A stretch of 64,000 nt of DNA from assembly GCA_000320545.1 (NCBI GenBank), contig ADNK01001668.1:62001-126000 (forward strand), given 5' to 3'. Position 1 is the first letter of the stretch. Every line of letters starts with the position of its first letter. Below the pieces are notes generated by a model that worked only from the letters and a program-made list of their open reading frames with translations, was not told the origin of the DNA and did no database searches. Below, piece by piece: positions 45,517 to 56,863 of the stretch. The stretch is from Bigelowiella natans CCMP2755. Taxonomy: Eukaryota > Protista > Cercozoa. The position numbers were made by a program, and so were the translations under genes.

Positions 45517-45598
45517 CGCAGACCAAGGAGGATGAGGGCTTGTATACTAAAAAGGAAGAGTATATACGCCAGGATCCATTTGATGAAGATGGTCGCTG
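43575..45598 (+). CDS. Hypothetical multi-exon protein
   Basis: Exons ~43575-43640, 43922-44530, 44694-44957, ~45298-45332, 45522-45598 with canonical splice-like ends. Confidence 0.45.
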
Positions 45599-45874
45599 AG
45601 AATTGGTGATGATTCAATCTATTGCCCATGCTTCACAGGCATCAGTCTAATACACTTGGGTCTTCGTAATCGTACTCATGTAATACATTGTAAATCATCG
45701 ACACCACACTCTTCACGGAGCTATTCACATCGTTGAGATGTTATGTGTAGATTGGTACACATCTAACACTTAACAAAGTACATTGTGCAGGTACATATGT
45801 ATTCACATGTGATCGCATGCAATCGCATATGTGGCAATTGATAGTTTAAGTGTTTGCAGCAACACATGGAGTAA

Positions 45875-46810
45875 TCACATGACGCAATTACGTGTAGCAG
45901 CACGCATGCACAGGTAGCTTCCTGAACATTGTTGTTGTTGTGCTTGTGGGTTACACAAACCATTTCCCCTCTTAGACATTTCGTAATGTCCAACATGTTT
46001 TGGTGTTTTTTTTTTAATTGAAATTGTAATGAACGTAGTTGTCATCATAGGAAAACTGCTTCTTCCGGCTTCTTCTTTTTCTTTTTCTTCTTCCTCTCCC
46101 ACACTGCTCTCTACTTCAGATGCATCATTGTGCGCATGTCCATCGCTACGAATATGATTAGAACCCCTATCGAGAGATACCTGCATGCATTCTAACCAAA
46201 CTTCAATCAATTTCTGCGCAATGAGCGTAAGTTGTACCTTGAAATACATTTCTTCGGTTTCGTAGAACAAACGTTGCACACGGGCTACAGAATGAGACCC
46301 GCAGTAATTTTCTGCAAACTTCTTCAGGCTATTTTCAGCGGTGGAGGCTTTTTCTTCCTTGGATCTCGCATCATGCACTTCGGTCAGTGCACTTTTTGCC
46401 ATCTCTTCCAGTTTTTTACTGTGATTCGGATGAGCAGGAAGGCGGCGGTGGTTACTGCGACTACTTTCACTGGGATCTAGAACATTAGGTTCATTTTCGC
46501 TAGTGTCATCATCCGGCTTACCCTTTTTGCCCTTTTCATCATTCTCATTTTGCATTGGAATTGCTAATCTTTCTTGTTCTCTCAGTTGATTGCCAGAACT
46601 GTCATCCGCATCCGCAATTTGTGAGCTGTTACTAGCATCAACATTGTTAGAGGTTTCTTGCGATTCCACTCTGGCGTGATTCATTTGATGACCCACCGTG
46701 CGTGGGAAAAATTGAGTTGGGTTGTTTGCTTCGGTGGAAGGTGGTGTAGATTCATCATCACATGTCATGCTTCTTGGACTACTACCAGATTTTATTTTGG
46801 TCATTTTCAA
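45875..46810 (-). pseudogene. Hypothetical ORF, partly TpA-converted
   Basis: 311-aa ORF divergent from the DUF6165 gene; TpA depletion rises toward its 5' end. Confidence 0.4.
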
Positions 46811-47036
46811 ATTGTGTGTGTGACATTAAAAAATTAGTGCACCAAGCTGCAAAAGTCATGAACCAAAAATTTGTTCGCGCAGGTTAATTTTTTTTTTAGC
46901 ATTTTTTTTCACATGCACTCTGCACACACAAACATTGATCTGAAACCACCCACTGCCAGTTGTGCATCCTTTCTTCCGCAACATTGAGAACAATGAAAAA
47001 AATGACAATGTGAATTACAATTAGGAGACAGAACGA

Positions 47037-48716
47037 ATGTTCAGAATGAAATGCAAAGTGAGTTGTAGTTTTGGTGAAATCGTCGATGAAGTAACGATCC
47101 TGAGGATCAAAAAGAGCAAAGCCAAAGACAAAAAAGCTCCATTGAATGTCCAAAGAGAACTAGCTACGACAACAAGGCAAAACCCTCTTGTGTTGGATGA
47201 CAACAAGCTGTTCGTAGATTTGGGTACAATGAACCGAAAGCTCTGGAATCTTGAAGATCTGACAAGGGATGAAAGCCGGAAGAAACAGTTTGATTCTGAA
47301 CACATCAATTGCGCTGAACTGATCCATGGAACCAACGATGAACGGCATGGAGTGAAACAATTAATCAACCAAAAGTACAACTCTCACCTGAAAGAAGAAA
47401 AAATGCACCATGAAGAAAAGAACGACCAGGAAGTCGATCAGAAAAGGTTAGAAGTGGGGGAAAAATTGCACAATGATGGTCATTTCAAAGAATCGTTCCA
47501 TTGCATTCAAAAATTGACACAAAAATGCATGAATCTTCATGAGGAGATTGTCATGGACAACAGTTTTTGCATCGATTTGTTGTTCTCTCATTCGAACATG
47601 TGCAGCATCTACAACAAGGTGTTTCCTTGTTTCGAGCAGCTCAAAACAACAATGAAATCCTTGGATGCAACCGTTGTTGGCATGAGCGATGACCAGAAAA
47701 AGTTTTGCAAAACAAATTTCGCATCTGTTTGTTTGAATTTGAAAAAGTGCGAATTGAGTCATGGGTGCATTGACCATGTCAATGACATCACCGGTCCCAA
47801 TGTGCATTGTGACAACATGTCATTTTTCTCCAGAGGTGATGATGAGAACAACAAAACACTGTTGGTACACGACGGAGGCGGGCTAGGCGACAAAATCATG
47901 CTTTCGAGATTTGCACCTAGCTTGTGTCAGAAACATGCTAGGAACAACGTGGTTCTCATGGTGAATAATGGACTGTGCTGGTTCTTTAGGAGCGCATTCA
48001 AAACAACAGGGAACCTAAGGGTGGCATCATCGGATTCCCAGACCCACCTGATCGGGCATTTTGATCATCATTGCAATCTGCTAAGTTTGCTCAAATGTCT
48101 TGGTGTCACACACGAAACTTTGTACCAAGACACCGAAATGAGAAAGATTCGTGTGGATGCAAGTGAAGAGTGCAGACAGATCATTTCAACGTTCAAAAAA
48201 CCAACCTGTGCATTCAATTGGAAAGGGAACCCGGCGAATTCGCACGAGAAATGTGATCGAGGTCCACCGAATTCAGACGAAGCCGCCGTCAGTCTTTTCC
48301 GTCTGAAACATGTTCAATGGATCGTCACATCCAAAACTGCCCTGACGCCAAAGGAAAGAAAACTGTTGCAGAAACACAATGTGAAATGTCATGGAGACCG
48401 CATCGATGATGAAGACAAAGCTTTTCATGACACGATTTCGATCTTGCGAAAGGTGGATGGTGCAGTTTCGACAGACACGAGTCTCCCGCATTTGTCTTTG
48501 TCGCTCGGAACAAAAACGCATGTGTTGCTGACATTGGGGTGCGAATGGCGGTGGACCCAGGATGCAACAACGAATTGGCACCCGGAAGCCATTTTGTTGA
48601 GACAAAAAACACAAGGAAATTGGAAAGATCCAATTGATTCTCTGAAAAAAATGCCATCAAAATCTCAGATGAAAAACAAAAACAAGTCTTTTTTTTTTCA
48701 ATTCCAAAGTGTGTGA
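47037..48716 (+). pseudogene. DUF6165-like N-terminus fused to a GT9/TPR-associated glycosyltransferase-like domain; hypermutated but open
   Basis: VSCSFGEIVDEVTILRIK..NRKLWNLED..TNDERHGVKQLINQKYNSHLKEEK; GGGLGDKIMLSRF; FNWKGNP; STDTSLPHLS..VLL..CEWRW..NWHPEAILLRQ..GNW; only 3 Tyr in 559 aa. Confidence 0.8.
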
Positions 48717-48741
48717 ATGCATTTTTTTTTTCCTTCTGGGT

Positions 48742-48775
48742 TGCATGTGCATGCATGTGCACATGCATGCACATG
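48742..48775. repeat. Relic (TA)17 microsatellite converted to an irregular TG/CA string
   Basis: TG CA TG TG CA TG CA TG TG CA CA TG CA TG CA CA TG: 17 in-register dinucleotides, 9 TG and 8 CA; ancestry inferred. Confidence 0.7.
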
Positions 48776-49141
48776 TCATGTCTTGCAAACATTGTCATCC
48801 TTTGTCTCTTTTTTCATCGCATCGTTTTTGTTTTCTCGGTCTGCTTTTGGCGCCGTAACGATCTCATGGACAATGCACCCAACCGGCATGAGCGAAACCA
48901 GGTTCGCGAATGGCACCGGGTAGTCGATTCTTTCTTTCTTGCGAACAAGCACATGCAAGATCCAGCAAATGATGGTCGCTGTGATCAGCAAATGCATGCC
49001 TAGCGATGATGAAGAGGCATCATTCGTTTTTCTCATTTTCACAATTTGGGGCACAAAGCTTGCGATTTTGAGAACCGTTGCGATGTGCCCGAACGGTTCG
49101 GACATGAACGTCACGACTGCCGCAGGACACATTGAATCCAT
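48776..49141 (-). pseudogene. SemiSWEET / PQ-loop small transporter; hypermutated
   Basis: FGHIATVLKIASFVPQIVKMRKTNDASSSSLGMHLL..CWILHVL..YPVPFANLVSL. Confidence 0.85.
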
Positions 49142-49244
49142 GATTGCTTTTTTTCATTTGTTCATTCAATTTTCAAGCTTGGTAAAAAAATCATTTTCAC
49201 AGGTGTTTTTCAATTTTCATTTTTTGATCATTTGTTCAATTGTT

Positions 49245-49832
49245 TCATTTTGCACCTGTGTGTGCATGTTTTTTGCTCATCCAAAGAGTCCAACCAATGT
49301 CACAATTCTGGCAGAACATCTTGACCGTCATCCCCTCATCTGCCGATCGGGTTTGTTTGAGCGCAGTTGCAAGATTGTCTCCACTTTTCTTGCACTTGTG
49401 ACACACGATCTGCATTGTTTTCGTTCGCCGCCGCCGTTTGTGATGAAGATGACCAGAAGAAGACGATGCAGAAGATTGCCGTTTGGTCTTCTTGTTTTTC
49501 CGCCGCTGCCTTTCGTGTGTTTGCAAAGTTGTTTGGTCGTCGCCCGGCAATGAGAAGAACACGTTTTCGATTTCACGAAACACATCTTTTTTGATCAAAT
49601 TGTTGTGCAATTCCTTTTTGGTTTTCAACATGTTTTCTCCAGAGGTGTCAACTTTTTCTTTGTTGTCATCATCATCTGCTGTTTCTGTTGTTGTTGTTTT
49701 TGGTGGCGGTGTGCTGTTTTTTTTGTGCGATGAAATCTTCTCATCCAACGAAGAAATCGCATTTGCATCATTGTTGTTGACATCATTGTTCTTGGTGTCA
49801 CGGAGAGATCGTGCGCAGACTGTGACCTGCAA
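49245..49832 (-). pseudogene. TFIIS C-terminal zinc-ribbon protein; hypermutated, start unclear
   Basis: CHKCKK..KQTRSADEGMTVKMFCQNC..W matches the TFIIS QTRSADEPMT C4 ribbon. Confidence 0.85.
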
Positions 49833-49859
49833 GGCGCTGATAACCGCTGAAACTGCAGT

Positions 49860-51434
49860 CGTCTGATCACCATAGGATCCACGTAGAAATATTTTTCGGT
49901 CACCGTAGAAGTAGAGGAGGGTGGCGGTGATTGTGGCGGCGGCGGCGGTGGTTTACCGCTAGGTTTTTTGGTGGTAGATTTCGTATCTGATACCGAAGGT
50001 AGAGGCGTGACTTGGATGTCCTTGCACATGACCTGAAATTCGCTTAGACATTTCGTCTCGCTCGGGTACATCTTCGACATCAGACTAAAGTTATCCAGGT
50101 TAAACTCTGTTTGGTCAAGTCTTTTACAACAGACCATGGATTTTTCTTGTTTGCTGCTAAAACGGCACGGCATCACTACTTCCCAAGTGACCGCCGGATC
50201 GGTCGAACTCTGCAATTTTTTTTCTCCTTTCTCCATAATATTGGATTGGGTGAGTAGTTGCGGGCTCATGATAATCACGCCATAACCCTTCTTTCCTTCT
50301 TCTTGGGTACGATCAGATGAGGGGTTAGAAGAATTTCCAGAAGAAGATAATAAGTATTGGCCCAAAGTCCCCCCGTGGTAGTATTGTTTCTCGAATCTGC
50401 TATATAAAGACCCGTAGTTGAGGAATAATTTCCGTATTCGGCTGGATAGTCCGGGTCGCGATGATCCTGATTTTCCCTTTGACTTTAAGCATCTTGCAGT
50501 TCACTTCCTCGAGCGTATTAGCTTCGTTTATCAGGAACCCAAGCGTCTTGAAGTTGAGTCCAGTCACTAACAGGCCATGCCCGCCGCTTATACGGTCACT
50601 GCCACGGATAACCACTTTGTTGTTCGGAGACGAGCTGAAGAGTAGTGGTGAGGTGGGTTGGGTGGCTTGGGTGGATTGGGTGACGGTAGACCGTTTGCGC
50701 GGTGTTTGGGCTGTTGGTTTTTTTCTCTTCAGGGATCTTTTTTGCTTTTTATTATTGTGGTTAATATCTGCTGAGGGCGGTAGCTCTGGTGTATGATGAT
50801 GACCACTTTCTTCTTCTTCTTCTTCATCTTCTTCTAGATTATTATCATCTCTTCGATCGTCATCCATAATTCCAAATTGGAGAGATTTCAAAAAGTTTGG
50901 GATGAAAGATAAACCCTTCTGGCTCTCCCTAGTTTTGGTTGTAGGGTCCGTGGTTGGGTCAGAGTCAGATTCCCATGCGTAGACTAGAACAGGACTAGAA
51001 GGGCTGAGGGAACCCTGGACGGGTTTGAAACTGTAACTGCTGATAGTCTCATCGGTACTGATTTTACGTGTCGAATATATGCTCCATCCTGACAGGTTGT
51101 AGCTGATACGGTACGGCAGACCTTGTTCTCGCGCCTGATTCCTCCAGTCGATATCGAAATAGTGTGCCTGCAGAACATGCTGTATGGCACGTAGAGCCTG
51201 TTCATCAGATCGGATGATTTCCCGGACCTGACCGAACAAGAAAATCATTCCTCTTACTAGTGTTACACTTAGAAACATGTCTGTTATCTCTCTTGCCAGT
51301 ACATGCACCACCTTTTTGATCGGCGCTGGTTGCACCATTATGTCATCCACCCCGCCCCGCTTCTGCTGAGAGATTCTTCTTTGTTGTTCTCCGACAAGGA
51401 GATATTGGAAAAAATAATAAATAAAATTTTGCAA
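49860..51434 (-). pseudogene. Intronless SET-domain-containing gene split by a one-base frameshift at ~50430
   Basis: VVIRGSDRISGGHGLL..GFLINEAN..NCK..IRIIATRTIQPNTE; removing one A gives E-LFLNYGSLY (SET C-terminal signature) and runs in frame into ORF 49625-50365. Confidence 0.65.
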
Positions 51435-51548
51435 TTATACCGATATATTTATTTTTTATCAAGAAATTTATTCAAGTAAAATAATTTCGCAATTATACCG
51501 ATATATATGTATATTTTTTATCAGGAATTTATTCAAGTAAAATTTCGC
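51431..51548. repeat. AT-rich ~58-bp tandem direct repeat at the right edge of the intronless cluster
   Basis: GCAATTATACCGATATAT..TTTTTTATCA(A/G)GAA..TTTATTCAAGTAAAAT..TTCGC occurs twice (51431, 51489). Confidence 0.85.
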
Positions 51549-51797
51549 TCTTAATCTGAGCCATAAAATATACCGAATTTTTGTTTAATAGGAATTTACT
51601 AGTCAAATGGCCAATTGTTGCAAGTCTTTCACGAAAATTGCCAGGACTGAGGCGACAAATGGGAATTTTGACACGGAAAAGATGAATCTCAAAGCTCTCG
51701 CAATCTTTCTTGCCCGCAAATACGCAACCGTCGTCCCCCCCCCCACGTTGCCATTGTCCACCCCCATCCTCACAGTGATTGCAGAAACAGTGAGACG

Positions 51798-53513
51798 ATG
51801 TCTGACATCTTCGAAGCAGCAAAGAACAACGATCTCGCTCGTCTGAAGTGTTTGATTGAGCAAAAGGCAAACATCGAGGCGAAGAACAGCAGAGGTGGGT
51901 AGCAGCGGCAGCATCGCCATTTAGGCAGCACAGGCTGCAGTTGCAGCATTGGGAAAATGATGGAAGAGTTGGGTCAATTTTCAGTGGCAGTAGGACTCAT
52001 AGTAGCAGTAGTAGTAGTAGCAGCAAATGCAACAGCAGTAGTAGAAGCAAGATGGTAGCAACAGGATTGGGCAATGGGCATGAGGAGTAGCTATTTCAAT
52101 GGCATTGAGAAGTGAGCAGTGGGGTTGGTAAACTAGGTGTTGACAATAGTAGAAGTAGCTAAAGAAGTAGAAGTAGAATGGCAGCAAGAAAGAGAAAACA
52201 GAATGGTTGGTGTGGATGAGGGTTGCGGTTCATCATGGATCTTGAAAGACTTGCAGAGGTTAATCATTCGATGCTGTTGATTTGAGGAGGGTTATTGATA
52301 TTGTATACATGTGTCATTGTTGTTTGTGCGTCTAAAATGGGGTCGCATACCCCCAGGTGAAACACCGTTGATTTCGGGTTCTTTCAATGGCCATTTGGAG
52401 ACCGTCAAGTACCTGGTTGGTATGAAGGCAAACATCGAGGCGAAGGACATATACGGTGGGTAGCAGCTGCAGTGTTGCTAGCGTTTAGGCAGTATTTGCA
52501 GTGTTGGGTGGGTGATGGTAATTGCTGTTGGTAGCAGTAGTGATATTGGTATTAGTAATAGTTTTGAGTAGTGAGTACAAGGAGTAGTAGTTGTATCAGT
52601 ATTGGGTAGTGAGTAGCCGAGACTGGTAAACTGAGCATTGGTATTAGTAGAGGTAGTAATATTAGTTTTACAAAAATTAATTAGAAGTTAGTTTGAGGAT
52701 AGTCGTTGACATTGCATACAAGTGTTATTGTTGTTTGTGCGTCTAAAATGGGGTCGCATACCCCCAGGTGAAACACCGTTGATTTCGGGTTCTTTCAATG
52801 GCCATTTGGAGACCGTCAAGTACCTGGTTGGTATGAAGGCAAACATCGAGGCGAAGGACGATAACGGTGGGTAGCAGCTGCAGTGTTGCTAGCGTTTAGG
52901 CAGTATTTGCAGTGTTGGGTGGGTGATGGTAATTGTTGTTGGTAGCAGTAGTGATAGTGGTATTAGTGATAGTTTTGAGTAGTGAGTAGTGAGTAATGGA
53001 AATAGTAGTAGAGGTAGTAGATTTTGTTGTAGCAGAAGTAGTACACAATATTATTTTGGGTTGCTAGTAGTCTGTTTGAGTGTTTTGTGGTTGCAATTTT
53101 TGATGTTGTAGGGTTGATTCGATGGCTAGTTGATTGCGATTGACACTGCTGCTGTTGTGCCTCGCATTCGTTTGTTTAATTTTGCATTAGGCAATACCGC
53201 ATTGTACTGGGCTAACAAGCAAGGTCATAACGATATCGTTCATTTTCTCCGCAATTATGAAGAGATTCAGAAAATTCGTGATGATGTTGAGAAGAAGGCC
53301 AGGCAAGAAGCTGAGGAGGTTGAGAGGAGTAGAAGTAGCCGTTTCATAAGCACATTATTATTTTTATTATCACACAAACACAATCACACAAGCGCTATCT
53401 TTCTCTATATCCTCCTCCTAACGTATCTGAGCTCTACAAAGTTATTTGTATTTGAATCATCGTATTTGTTCTGTTGAGACTCACACCCGCATAACTTATA
53501 CAAATACATACAT

Positions 53514-53562
<49 letters not shown>

Positions 53563-55603
53563 TTACATACATAAATATGTCAACCACGTTAAAAATTACG
53601 TGATCTTGCATAATGGAATTAGTCTTGTAGTCTTGTAAAGCATATCATCTTAAGGTCGCAACCGCGCAGGCATCATCAAAACGCTCTTTGAGATTTGGCA
53701 AAGTCCAAATGTACTCTCCTGATCAGGTTTTGCGAATCTCACACACAACAAACGAAAGATCTTGTCAAACATCACCATTCTTGCACATTTTCTTGCGTTT
53801 CCTGTTTTTTGGTTTTTAAATAGTGGAGCTCCTACACATTCCACTCATTCTCTTGTCTCGATTATGACCCTCGTGCAACTCTAACTAGATCAAACAAATC
53901 GGAGATCTTGGGAAGGGGAAATTTGGAAGGGTGTTTCAGGTCGAGATCACTATCGACGAAAAGGAAACGGTCAGTGAAAATCCCATCTTCCGCAAATGAC
54001 AAGAAGCTCATGCAGATGCTGATGTGAAGGTTGCCGCGATGAAGCGCGTTGGAAACAAGGCCGATCTCAGTCAAGCTCTCCTTTCAGAGGTAGAAACTCT
54101 CACAAGTTCTTCGTAACCCCTTCGGCCTTAGAAGAAGGGCAATTACATTTTCCCCCTTTTTTTCCACTTTAAATATTACATGCTTTCATCTATGTACATG
54201 TGCGAGCGATTCTTCTTTGGGAAAGGAATTTGTTAGCGGTCTTTTGTCGCTTGCTGTTCAGAACCGAAGTCATTCGTTATCTATTCGTTTTTATCACAGC
54301 TTTTGATTCTCTCCGAATTAAAGTCCCATCCGAATCTTCTTGTATTCTATGGCGTCGTGACCATAGAGGATCGCCTTCATTTCCTCAACGAGTTTTGTGC
54401 GAAAGGTCGTTGCGGAATCTTTTGTTGAACACCGCTTTGTAGATAGTACGGCAATCGCCTGATAAATTCATCTACCAAATGAAGTTTACACCAATCTTAT
54501 TGGGCTTTTTTTTTGCGAATTCGATTTTTAATTCTATTGCTATTTTCACGAGCCTGATCACCAACGATATTCGTCGAATGGGGCGGTAGATGAGCGCAAA
54601 CATCTCTTTCTCTGTGCGATCACGTAAACATCAATATGTGTTGCAGGTAGCCTGGACGCGCTCCACGAGAAAGAAGACCTTACCTCTAAAGATAGGTTCT
54701 GGCAGGTTGTGGGAGGCGTTCTCAGCGGACTTGCTGCCTTTCATCAGAGTAGCAAACTTCATTAGTTTCATAGCATAAAAAATAGAAGCATCAATGCGAG
54801 CGTTGGTAGTGGCATGGCATCAATACGAGTGTTTGTAGTAGTAGCATTGATGTAAAAACAATGAGGTTGTTTCGCAGCGAAGGTTACAAAGAGTGTAGCG
54901 GGGTTACACACAATGGCATTGAGATCTACCAAGAATGCAAACGCTAAGATTTGCCCTCGCTAATAAAGTTTACTGATTGCCACACTATAGGTGGCCTTGT
55001 TCATCGAGATATCGCTTGCCGCAACCTTTTCATGAAAGCGAATGGCGTCGTGGTTCTTGGCGACTATGGTTTGTCCAAGAAAACCAAGGTAATTTCTCGC
55101 AGCATAGCCGCTTTTTATTCGTGGAATTCGACACAGTAGAACCGAACTTTTGATCCTTGAAAGTAAGATCGAAAATTTGCCTTTATCATTGCTACAGTGA
55201 GTACTACCTCTACCGCTGCTACATCTTGTAATCCTTAGTGTAACTATTACAATTGATACAACTATTGCTACCTTAGCAGCGAAATGTGACTTTTTATAGT
55301 CCCCATTCGTTGATTTCCCCCTCATTAGCTTACACTTTCGCTGCCTTGTGATCTCCTCTTGCTCGCAGGGGGGAAATAAAATCTACAAGATGACGAACCT
55401 GGAGACGATGCTGCCCTGGGCGTGGTGTGCGCCTGAAAGTCTACTACAGCGGGAATTCAGCCAGAAATCCGACATCTGGATGTTTGGCGTCACCGTTTGG
55501 GAGATTTTGACCAAGGGGAAATGTCCGACCAGGGAGCTGTCAAGTTTACAACAGTTCAGAAACGAGCTGCAAAAGGGAAGGATGCCCCTTAAGGTTTTCA
55601 ATC

Positions 55604-55639
<36 letters not shown>

Positions 55640-56863
55640 AATGATGATGATTGGTGCTTTTCTTCTAATGCCATTCTCTGATAGTTCCCCATGGAATTTG
55701 TTTTCTGACATTAGATCCCTGACGGTCCTCCTCGATCAAAGAAGTTGTTGTCTTTGTGTTTTCAATTCGAAGTCAAGGTGTTGCACCTTTTGTTTTTTAT
55801 TGTGTACATTCGTTCTCCCTTTAAATTGTGTATCTTATTTATTTATTTTTTAAACTTGCTATTTCCATAAATGTAGACATGTAATGACACGTTGTTCGAA
55901 TGTTTGTGAGAGTGGGAGAGAGAGAGGGAGAGAGAGCGTGTAAATTTTTGTGAGTGTTATGCCTGGACGATTTTGATTTTTGCCTATCCTCAATACTCTC
56001 TCTATTTTTTGTATTTATGTCATTCGTGTATTCCCATTTTTTCTATCTCTCCAAATAGCCCACATTTCATACGGTTAATATTCGCACACATATAATCCTA
56101 CATTCTTATATTATGTACTAGTTTATCTGTACATATGTGCACATCAATCGCAAGGAGGTTTTTCGTGAGAACGAATTTGATGCACATCCACCTTAGAATT
56201 CCACGCAGAAGAAGCACAATAGTGGAAAGCCAGTGATTTCCTGGAGCAAGCACGATGTTGTCAACTTCATCAAGACGATTAGTACTAGAGGAAACAAAAA
56301 TTGGACAAAATGCATCGAGGTGCTATTGTTTCAACATCATCATTGTGTTTAGTTTGTAACAATATGCCGAGAGATGAACCCAGAGCTAAAATCCAGCATT
56401 GAAAGATCGTTTGATTGCCTCTTTGTGCATATCTTCGTTCAATCTATAAACAGACTTATTATATACTCCAGGTTGTTCTTGAGCATGATCTTGAGTACTC
56501 GGTGCTGCAAGACTGTGAAGTCGAAGATCTCGTTAAGTTAGGAATTCCAGAGCTGTATGCCAAAAGCCTCCTTAAGAAGTTGAAAAGGGTTTATGAGGAG
56601 GGTGTTCCCGGCGACGCAAAGGTTACAACGTCACGCCACCTCAGCACGTTTTTGACACCTCAATGAGCGGGAATCTGGTGCCTCATCTGGACAGTCTAGC
56701 GTTCGTTTTGAGTCGAATTGGTGTTCATTAGGAAACGGGAGACAAGCACGGAAAAACCATTGTTGATCCAACGGTGAGAGGGGTTGTTTTTACAAAATGT
56801 ATCGTGTGAGATTGTGTGTAGATGCTTAACATAACGTTTTTATAGATGCGCATGGTCTCTTGA
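51798..56863 (+). CDS. Ankyrin repeat - tyrosine-kinase-like kinase - SAM domain protein, multi-exon
   Basis: MSDIFEAAKNNDLARLKCLIEQKANIEAK; two 99-nt ankyrin exons (52357-52455, 52768-52866); GDLGKGKFGRVF, HPNLLVFYGV, VHRDIACRNL, GDYGLS, LPWAWCAPE, SDIWMFGVTVWEI; SAM-like WSKHDVVNFI..EDLVKLGIP. Confidence 0.85.
52300..52990 (+). repeat. Tandem duplication (411-bp period) of an ankyrin exon with flanking intron sequence
   Basis: ~270-bp near-identical blocks at ~52300-52575 and ~52711-52990. Confidence 0.9.

Larger units (their letters stand above)
45800..51550. mobile_element. Probable endogenous giant-virus (Nucleocytoviricota-like) insertion: compact, intronless gene cluster
   Basis: Five closely packed intronless genes with short AT-rich spacers, unlike the intron-rich host genes; DUF6165-glycosyltransferase, SemiSWEET, TFIIS-like and SET genes fit large DNA virus repertoires; no capsid, polymerase or packaging ATPase hallmark in the window. 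Confidence 0.55.

Noticed and set aside
47037-49832. Alternative genetic code or codon bias explaining Tyr loss
   Set aside because: TpA loss applies to all frames, both strands and non-coding tracts, and Tyr is replaced by both His and Cys
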